Positions 53,932 to 64,000 of a stretch of DNA of 64,000 nucleotides are shown here, in pieces; within the stretch, counting starts at the first letter, position 1; the number at the start of each line of letters is the position of its first letter. Under the pieces are notes generated by a model. It saw only the letters and a program-made list of their open reading frames with translations, did not search any database and was not told the origin of the DNA. The position numbers were made by a program, and so were the translations under genes. Source of the DNA: Octopus sinensis (lineage: Eukaryota); assembly GCF_006345805.1 (NCBI RefSeq), contig NC_043007.1, positions 35,154,001 through 35,218,000 on the forward strand, in the 5' to 3' direction.

Positions 53932-54659
53932 TCAATAGAGGTTTTCCATTAATACATAATTTTCACATCAATTGATAACATTATAGAGAAGGTAGATATA
54001 TAGACAAAGATGTCGAATTAAATTTTAAGAACATGAAGGTAGTAGAGTTTATCAACTGACTGAAGAATATTCAGAATATTCAGTTGTTTTGAACTGCTAG
54101 AAGGTTTGGGAAGAATGATCAATTGAAAGGAGACAAGAAAGTTTTTCTATTTATAGAAATAGGGGTGAAATAGATGTCAAAGTTCTATATAAAGAAATTA
54201 AGGTAGAGAGATGGTTGTAATTCTACAGAGGCTGTTTACTACTATTTGGCAAACAGATGTTGTATTAGGAAAACTAGGTCAATGTCAAATGGTCACAGTG
54301 ACCACTAATAGAGAATACAGAGATTCTTTTAAACTTATATATATCAACTTTATACTTAGCTGGTAGATTTTGAATATTTTGATACGTTGGATTAAAGGCG
54401 AAATTATAAATCTAATATTTATTCATTTTGGAGAAAAATCTATCACTTATTATGAGTAGGCATAGTACTCATTAACTGAGGACAAAAGTCTTATTAATCA
54501 AGTGAATATATCAGGGATCAAATATATATAATAGGAAAACCGGAAGAGGAGTAATCAAGAAGAAAGGTTTTCATAGGTTTAGTAGAAGGTGATTAATTTT
54601 TAATGAAGAGGAGTAATTAAGAAGAGTATATTACTCAGATTTCGCGATCAAAGCCTAAT

Positions 54660-55170
54660 GAATGTATGTATGTGTGTGTGTATGTATGTGTGTGTATGTA
54701 TGTATGTATGTATGTATGTATGCATGTATGCATGCATGTATGTATGCATGTATGTACGCATGTATGCATGTATGTATGTATGCATGTATGTATGCATTAT
54801 GTATGCATGTATGTATGTATTTATGTATGTGTATGTATGTGTGTATGTATGTATGCATGTATGTATTATGTATGTATGCATGTATGCATGTATGTATGTA
54901 TGTATGCATGCATGTATGTATGTATGCATGTATGTGTATGTATGTGTGTATGTATGTATGCATGTATGTATGTATGTATGTATGTATGTATATATGTATG
55001 TATGTATGCATGTAAGTATGTATGTATGCATGCATGCATGTATGTGTGTATGTATGTATGTATGCATGCATGCATGCATGTATGTATGTATGTATGTATG
55101 TATGTATGTATGTATGTATGTATGTATGCATGTATGTATGTATTTATGTATGTATGTATGCATATGTATA
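54660..55170. repeat. (TATG)n microsatellite
   Basis: Directly visible. Confidence 0.95.
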
Positions 55171-55279
55171 TATGTATGGAGATATAAGTTTATCACATTC
55201 GGTACTTCCATACATTTTAAATTACGTCAGTATTAAGAAATAGCTACAGGTAGGATACAGTAAAAACATACATAATTTT

Positions 55280-55790
55280 TATAGAATAGCGATGTGACTA
55301 TTTCATTGGACATGCCAATCCATATGGAGGTTAATCTAGATAGAGGTTAATCCATGCAATTCCATACAGAGGTGTGGAGGTTAAGATAAATCGTCCAGAT
55401 ATTATTGTTAAGGTACGGCAAGTAAAGAAATGTCATCCAATCGACACAATCAATTCAAGCAGCATGCAATATATTCCAGAAAGGAATGGAGAAAATATAA
55501 CGAAATGTATAGATCTGAAAATAGAGATAACCACTTTGTAACTAATGAAAACCGAAACACATTCCGTAATGTTAGATATCTTGGGAATGATTGAAAATAT
55601 TATGTAGATAAATATAAATATATAACCTAAACATAAGGACGTACATGTACTCGTATGAATAACACTGCTAATCTCTTTATAAATATTACGGAGAGTACAT
55701 TCAATACGATAGAAAACATGAATAAGAAAAGAAAATACTGAAGCTCCCCAAGGCACATACAGCTGTGTCCGTTAATGCAGCGATTCCACA
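55280..55790 (+). mobile_element. Degenerate Dong/R4-like RLE 3' fragment
   Basis: HWDMPIH; NRPDIIVK; DLKIEIT; 3' UTR cccaaggcacatacagctg resembles 16408-16430. Confidence 0.6.
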
Positions 55791-56131
55791 TAATGAATAT
55801 AGGACTGTTGAAGTAATAACAATACTCATGTTATACTTTTCCATAATGTTTTTATTTTCCATGCAAAAAGAAACGCGATATTAAATTATTCTTTCATTTA
55901 TCTGGTATATGTCAATATACCCTAAGGCTTCTCACTGCTGTGAATGTATCAATTCCACGTAATTATATATATATATTTCTAAGCTTACTTTCAAATTTTC
56001 TTGGTACACTATAATATCTATATTAACATCTCCTGTCCTGAAGTTTGTAAATATCAAAGTGTAACGATTCATTTCTGCTTTTATATCTCTCTCCCTTGTC
56101 TCTCACTGTCTCTGTTTCCGACTCTCTGTCT

Positions 56132-56223
<92 letters not shown>

Positions 56224-56850
56224 GCATCAACGTATCTATTTATCTATCTATCAACCTACCTATCTATCTTTCTCCCTCTTCCTGAAACACTGGTAAATTA
56301 TGTATCTACTGACACACTGGCAGATCAGATCATCATTTGGCTGAACAGACCACTAAACTATTTACCAAGAGCGATCATATCCTCACCTTCTCTATTCCCC
56401 TCCACAATTTTAACCCAGTATGAGATATTTCCTATCACTACAGTCTCTGTCATTTATATCGCCACTACTTTCAGTACTATATAACATATAATTCATTATT
56501 GCCATTAAACAATACAAGTATTAATATTTTCGGGACAGCAACTCATTAATTTGCCATGATCATTACAGCGCAGTAGTTTGTTTAAAATTCACTCAACGTC
56601 ATAAGTCCCCCATGCGAATCATTTTAACTAACGTAAAGGAAATAACTCATTTCCAATAATAGCTATTATTATTTAACGAGGTATGCTTCTTACTATATTT
56701 TTAAAGCCATAACACTTCATAGAAAAATTGCAGTTCATATATGTCATTGATATTCGTTTAAAGGGATGTTTCTTGTCTAATAATTATCTGGCACATTTAA
56801 ATATGAAACTTTGTTACGATGCATTGTTATGAACGGACTATATCATTAAA

Positions 56851-56891
<41 letters not shown>

Positions 56892-56897
56892 ATATAT

Positions 56898-57190
56898 AAT
56901 TCGAGACAAAACCACTATTTTGCAAAACAAACAAGGAAAGACTTAATCAATACATAAACTTTTAATATAAGTAAATAAACCGCCACTACAATCGTTTCAT
57001 GTCTTCAATGACATTCGTCAGGTGGATTTCCGATTTTTAAATCAGTTTCAATTTATGAATTGATTAAGTCTTTCCTTGTTTGTTTTGCAAAATAGTGGTT
57101 TTGTCTCGAATTAATATATATAATATTTTACTATAAAATTGGATTTAATCCTAAATCTGATTTTTTCCCTGTAAATTTGGATTCCCTAAT
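56898..57190. mobile_element. Inverted PLE-like termini with one HHR
   Basis: Perfect 54-bp arms at 56898-56951 and 57059-57112; (TA)n flanks; same family as 21640-21918. Confidence 0.8.
56983..57025 (-). ncRNA. Type I hammerhead ribozyme, CUGACGA core
   Basis: ccac-CTGACGA-atgtc-attgaa-gacat-GAAAC-gatt-GTA-gtgg: perfect 4-bp stem I and 5-bp stem II. Confidence 0.85.
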
Positions 57191-57192
57191 AT

Positions 57193-57233
<41 letters not shown>

Positions 57234-57239
57234 GATATA

Positions 57240-57277
<38 letters not shown>

Positions 57278-57702
57278 CATATATATGTATATATATAGAT
57301 AGATGGATAGATAGTTAGATAGATATACATACATATATGTCTATATATATGCGCGCGCTTGTGTATGCGTGTGTAAAGACAAAGGCAGCCCTCTGCACGG
57401 TTTCCGTTGAACAAATTCCAATCACAACACGTTAGTCAACTCGATGCTCAGGGTACCACGTCTTGAACTGAACAAGAAATCACGTGGTTGCTAAAAGGTT
57501 TTTTTAACCACACAACACTATATATATATATTAATAGTTATCGCCATACTAATATGGCAGTCTATAAATATAAGACTAAAGCTGTCGCTGATTAGCTCCA
57601 AGAGGCCATCGCCTCTAGCTAGCTATATGACACACGAACCTGCGTCCATTACAACCTTCGAACAGGGGAGGTCAGCCGCTTCACCTAGCTAGTCAGACAT
57701 CT

Positions 57703-57739
57703 GCAGACATGTTTCAGGGTTGTTGCCCTTTATCAATGC
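57703..57739 (-). ncRNA. Hammerhead ribozyme with U3:A8 core
   Basis: gca-TTGATAA-agggc-aaca-accct-GAAAC-AT-GTC-tgc; ACATGT palindrome; about 170 bp from (TA)n. Confidence 0.7.
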
Positions 57740-57845
57740 TGCGTAGTCAGACTCAGCAGGTGTCGCTACTGACCATCTGTTCGAAGATTTTATTTACCTA
57801 GTTACAGTGGAATACATCCACTTGTTTTCTACTATATATATATAC

Positions 57846-57916
<71 letters not shown>

Positions 57917-58645
57917 ATATATATGCTCTACATCTTAGAGTGTGCTTTCCCCCGGATTTAGATATATATATATATATATATATAATACATATATATAATA
58001 CAGAGGGTATTAATATAATAAATGCCACACGCTAGGAGGGACTCTTAAAGTCAAAACTACCAAAATAAAAAAAACACATCGTACCGAATGCAACTTTCGA
58101 AGCAAGTCAATTAAAAACAGAATTTAGCTGCATATCACCGTGATTTCATAATTAGTGCAGTAATGCACTTTTTAATCCTCAGTGCAAGCATAATTCAAAA
58201 TTTATAATGAATGAACAAAATCAGCTTACCAGACGAACAACTTATGTATCCATATAGAAATGTTCACCCTTTATACATCTATGTAAATAGCAGGCTTTTT
58301 CGAATTGCATTTCGGTAACAACGTGCTTATTCGGAATAAAAAATCAGTACTGATTATACTCCGGCTAAATTGATGTATTTATGTATGTCTATATCTATAT
58401 ATATTTATGTGTACGTATGTATGTATATCAAAATAGCATTTCCCAATTTACTCTCTTCTCAATGAGAAAATCAATATGCATCCTATACTATTTGTGTGAA
58501 AAATCCTAAACATTATATAAATTTTTTAATTCACCCGAATAAAAGTTTTTTCATATGAAAATTAATTTGATGAAATTAATTTGCTCACCAAAAATAAAAA
58601 CACGTCTGAAACAGCTGTAGTGAACCTCATTTTTGTTATTATTTG

Positions 58646-58677
<32 letters not shown>

Positions 58678-58721
58678 TGTATTATGTATGTATGTATTAT
58701 GTATGTATGCATGTATGTATG

Positions 58722-59110
58722 TCATTATTCAGTTTTATTTCAAGATTTGTTGCAAATAACGAAAGAGCCGGTTTCTAATCTAGATCCAAAGCTCTTTCCT
58801 TAGAATTTCAACATCACCAACAAGCTATGTATGTATGTATGTATGTATGTATGTATGTATGTATGTATGTATGTATGTATGCATGCAGATTTGTATGTTT
58901 TGTTTTATGTATGTCTTTTCATGCATATACTTGCATATCTAGACATGATCATATATAGTTAAATGGTAAATTTGTGGAATGTTCCACAGATTTTAACACT
59001 TCCAGTGATGGATTGGATCTGTAGTCTTTGAATCATCTTTCTCCTTTCTGGTTTTGAGAAGCCTAATTTCTCAAGATTGGTAGCAACCTGTTACATATCC
59101 CAGGCCTACA
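58722..59110 (+). repeat. Dispersed repeat associated with (TATG)n
   Basis: Homologous to 8150-8432. Confidence 0.65.
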
Positions 59111-59589
59111 ATGTATGTATGTATGTATGTATGTATGTATGTATGTATGTATGTATGTATGTATGTATGTATGTATGTATGCATGTATGTATGTATTTAT
59201 GTATGTATGCATGTATGTATGTATGTATGTATGTATGTATGTATGTATGTATGCATGTATGTACATATGTATGTATTTTGTTATTATTTGTATATGTATG
59301 TATTTTTGTAATTATACATTTTTATTTGTATTTTTATTTTTTGCATTTATTTGTGTTTGTATGTATGTTATTATTTATTATTATTTCTATATTTATGCAT
59401 GTATATATGTATGCATGCACGTATATATGTATGTGTACGTGTATGTGTCTGTGTGTGTGTGCGTGTGTGTGTGGGGGGGTGAACGATACCCCGATCCATG
59501 GAAAAATTGTCTTGATTGAAACCGGTGCTTGGTGCAAAAACGGTTTGGGAACCATTGATGAAGACGCATACCTACCTGAAGTCTGCTAC

Positions 59590-60545
59590 CCCCAATACTA
59601 ACACCACTACAAGTACCACTGCAAGACCTACCATCACCAGAAGATCGATGCCACTGTTAAACTGACACCACCACTAATACTACCACCAGCACCACCAACA
59701 ACACGACCAAGACCAATACTGTAGCCAACACCGTCACTACCAACAACTGAAACAATACTAGTACCGTCACCAATACTACCACGTCTATTTCCATGACGGA
59801 CACCACTACCGCCTACACCACACCCAACAATATCTCTAACACTACCACCGAGACTAACACTAGCTGTGATACCAATATCACCAATAGCCCTAACAAGGGC
59901 AACATTACCACCAAGGCAATCTCCAGCCATACCACCCACAGCTCCAACACCAATACCAACACCAACACCAACATTGATACTGCATTATCAGCAACCAATA
60001 CCACCAATGCCCGCTAAAGACATTACCACCACCACCACCACCACCAAACCTTCTCCACACCACCACCACCACCACCACCACCACCACCACCACCACCACC
60101 AAACCATCTCCACATCTTCACCACCACCAAACCCTCTCCAAACCACTACTAAACCCTCTCCAAACCACCACTAAACCCTCTCCGCATCACCACCACCACT
60201 AAGCCCTCTCCACGCTACCGCTGAACCCTCTGCGAACCACCGCCAAACCCTCACCACCCCACCACCAAATCTTCTCCACCCCACCACCAAACCCTCTCCA
60301 CGCCACCACCAAACCTTCTCCACACCACCTCCAATACCACCGTTACCACCAACACCGACCTGAACATCGCCAGCAACACCAACACAACGTCACCACGCCG
60401 CCTTTCTCAACTACACTACTAATACTAGCACCATAACAACACCCTGCTCAACACCACCACCGGCACAAACTACCGCAGCACAATCCTCAACACCACCACC
60501 ATCATCACCAACAACAACAACAATTACAACAACACCAATATTACC
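59590..60545. repeat. ACC-rich low-complexity region with a ~19-bp minisatellite (caccactaaaccctctcca)
   Basis: Units visible at ~60040-60330. Confidence 0.75.
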
Positions 60546-60684
60546 ACCAACCCACACACGATAACCTTCGTGCACAGACGTGACTGAAAGCTGTCGCTCC
60601 TAAAATGAAATATTCATGAATTAAGTAGACATGTTTGAGGATCGCAACAAGAACAAGAACAACAACAACAACAATAACAACAGC

Positions 60685-60718
<34 letters not shown>

Positions 60719-60747
60719 TAATAATAATGATAATAATAATAATAATA

Positions 60748-60829
<82 letters not shown>

Positions 60830-60882
60830 TAGTAATAATAATGATAATAATGATAATAATAATAATAATGAAAATAATAATG

Positions 60883-60934
<52 letters not shown>

Positions 60935-61859
60935 CAACAACAACACGAAGCCATACATTTTAATGATTGATTTCGTCATAACATTTATGATGATAATTAC
61001 TGCTTTATAGAAGGGACAGCTGTGCACCAGTGTTCTGGTAAGTCAACAATAAGTATGGCCGAAAGATTAAGAAGGTCGGTTTGCAATTACACTCATAGAT
61101 TTGGGGCTCGATCTGACAGCGCGGTACCTCGGGTAGTTGCCTTTCAGCTACTACAGCTGTGGGTCTACAAAACCTCCTTGTGAATAAAGGATACTGGTTT
61201 TAAATTGATATTAATTAAATTAATATTCAATTTATCTCCCTCTTTACTTAAATGTTAAAATAAATATGTTCTCTAATAGGCGGCATTAACTGCAGTAAAT
61301 TATTTACTGCAGATTTTGTTTCCGGAATTTTAGCGCGCCAGAACTCAGATATTTGAAATTAACCCCAATGTAATCGGGAAACTAAGCACGTGTCTGTTTT
61401 TATACGGAAACCAGGTAGTTAGTTTTACAAATTATATTACCTGTGGAACGATCTTTATTTTAAATTGATATTAATTAAATTAATATTCAATTTATCTCCC
61501 TCTTTACTTGTCTGTTATCTTAGTCTCCATTTTATATTTGCGAGCTAATCTCAAGACGGAAATTATTTTTCTTTCTACTTTTCTTCATGTTTTAATGCTA
61601 TATATATATATATAGATATGCACACACACACACACATACATATATAAACATATGTGTGATTTTGTGTTTGCGTTTCTTCCTCATCATCGTTTGACAACTG
61701 GTTTTATTTTGCTTATGTCCCCGAAACTTAGCAGTCCCGAAAAAAGAAACCGATAAAATAAAACAAGTGCTGAGGCGGATTCGTTCGACCTGAGTCTATT
61801 CAAGATGGCACCCTAATATGGCCACAGTCCAATGACTGAAACAAGTAAAAGCTAGAAAG

Positions 61860-62760
61860 AATCACTCCTGCTTTGCTCAATTCTTTCAAAAGTTGGCCAT
61901 GTAGGGCTTGTTCTTACCAACGCTGTTTTTTTTTTTTTTTCATGTTACATTTTGTAATCCCATTTTCAATTTAGCTTTCAGCTTCTTTTAATTCTCTTTG
62001 TAATTTTTTTCTCCATCTTCCCCTCGCAGCTGTCTGTTATCTTAGTCTCCATTTTATATTTGCGAGCTAATCTCAAGACGGAAATTATTTTTCTTTCTAC
62101 TTTTCTTCATGTTTTAATGCTATTTGTATTATTTTTCCTTTATTCATTTGCTAGCTATTTTTTCAAGTCCAACGCCAAATATTTCATAATAGTTTTATAC
62201 ACCTCTCTGTATTCGTGATAAATATAATCTTTATGTCGGATTTTCTTTAGTGTTATCTAAATATAGTCATTGTTTTCCTTTCTTGCGTGTCTAGTCTTGC
62301 TAATTCATTAGGTTCCAGTTACGAATCATATTACCACGACTTACTACAAGACTACCTAGATTATTGATGCCTATCACATTTTAGCATTTTGTATAAGCTG
62401 TTTTAAGTAATCACCTAATATATTTACATTATATCTTCCTAAACATTTTCTTATAGGTGTTGTAATCTGTTTAGTTCGTGAATACTTAAGTATTTGTTTG
62501 TATTTTGGATCTTATCTCTCTCATTCGTTATCTAATATATTTTTAAAAACAAATTTCCCCTCCTTTTAACGTTGCCTTGGCTCATTATTCTAAACGAAAT
62601 TTCGAATCAAATTCTCTTCTGAATTATTACTCTTCCATGTAACAGACTTTTTAGTTGGTTGTCATTTATGGTGTACCATTTGAGGTCATCCATATTCAAA
62701 ACAGTATAACTATAGTTTGGTTTCCCTCCAGACTCATTTTCTCATAGCTTTCTTTAAATA
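61860..62760 (-). mobile_element. Degenerate Dong/R4-like RT fragment
   Basis: MDDLKWYTINDNQLKSLL; ELARLDTQERKTMT; EQALHGQL. Confidence 0.6.
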
Positions 62761-63416
62761 TTTCGTTTTGGGATTTGGTTTGCCAGATTCTTTATGTGAG
62801 TTCGTGTGTGGAAGCATATTCTGTTGTGTCTGGGGAAAGTCATTTTCTTTTTGTGCCTTATAATTTAACACACTCACCGGTAAAATTTCCACATATTTCT
62901 TATCTTATTTTTATTTTCCTAAAATTTTCGTTGCGTCTTGCAACGTTTTCAATAGTCTTGACTCTTTAAATACGTAATTTTTAACGAAATATTGTTGATA
63001 TATGTTTCGAAAAGTGTATATTACGATTATGTTAATAACATTTCAGAGAAATATTTTGGGTGGACATTTTGGATTTAACCTTGACTTCCTTTATTCGTAA
63101 TATTCTGTAAATTGATAATTTTTCATGATCATTTGCAGAGACACAATTTCGAGAATGTTGATTGTGATTAAAAAAATAAAATTCTAGATAAAAAGAAAAA
63201 CAAGTTTTTGACGAAATTCCAGGTCACACCACTAAATTTGAATGAAATGTGATTATAAAAAAACACTTGTCAACTTTATCTTTTATTCTTTTACTCTCTC
63301 TTTAATTCTTTTAAGCGTTTCAGCTTTAAGCTGCGGCCATGCTAGAGCATCTCTACAGATTTCCTACAGAAATGTTCATAAATTCCATCCAAGTGTTATT
63401 GTTATTATTATTATTA

Positions 63417-63492
<76 letters not shown>

Positions 63493-64000
63493 GTTATTAT
63501 TGTTATTATTATCATTATTATATTATTATTATTATTATTATATTATCATTAATTATTATTATTATTATTATTATATTATTATTATTATTATTATTATTAT
63601 TATCTTATCATTATTATTATTATTATTATATTTTATCCTACATTATTTGGATACAGCTCGATGCAACCCCAAAAGACTGACTCACCAGTCAGCATCATTA
63701 GACTGTGGCCAGCATAATGAAATAGGAGCTTTATTTGCATATTCAGAACGTTTCCCGTAAACAAATTTTGTGCGTGTGTGTGTGTGTGTGTGTGGTGTGT
63801 GTGTGTGTGTGTGAGTGTGTGTGAGTGTGTGTGTGCGTGCGTAAAGCGAAGAAGCAAAATAGGCTTTAATTGCAAAACACATTTGTTTCTGCACCGGACC
63901 CCAACTTTAAGTTGTTAAGTTTACATTTATATATCACTAGTGGGACCCGTGAATATTTTACGTAATTAAAGGTAAACCTATTGGGTCATTTCTGAAAACT

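Noticed and set aside
54648-55243. MYVC/HTYI ORFs (also at 18.3, 22.7 and 59.1 kb)
   Set aside because: Translations of (TATG)n
59634-60174. Mucin-like Thr/Pro ORF
   Set aside because: The repeat unit is ~19 bp, not a multiple of three, so the frame shifts; low-complexity ACC sequence

Overview
AT-rich, microsatellite-dense animal genomic DNA. The SINE families and repeat landscape resemble what I recall from octopus, so an octopod cephalopod is my inference; I ran no search. I cannot support any host protein-coding gene. Most listed ORFs are translations of (TA)n, (CATA)n, (ATT)n, (GAT)n and (GAA)n repeats. The window is a mosaic of: (1) a nearly complete Penelope-like retroelement (PLE; RT + Cys-rich linker + GIY-YIG) at ~10.3-13.7 kb, whose seven frameshifts are all small deletions in short runs and may be assembly errors; (2) a second PLE GIY-YIG remnant at 51.9 kb; (3) about ten type I hammerhead ribozyme (HHR) motifs with different sequences, mostly in short PLE-like termini beside (TA)n runs. 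Two carry the compensatory U3:A8 core, and several lie in divergent inverted pairs; (4) an internally deleted RTE/BovB-like LINE and several Dong/R4-like LINE fragments in (TAA)n-type repeats; (5) a full-length 1216-bp Tc1-family element with DD36E spacing, four mariner/maT fragments, an hAT-like MITE and a foldback element; (6) many copies of at least four tRNA-derived SINE families, including tandem multimers that share one junction. A possible promoter/first exon (24.2-25.1 kb) and a possible 32-nt exon (39.1 kb) are weak hints of a host gene. HHRs in PLEs are established knowledge. What stands out here is their density, their core variants and their link to a possibly intact element.
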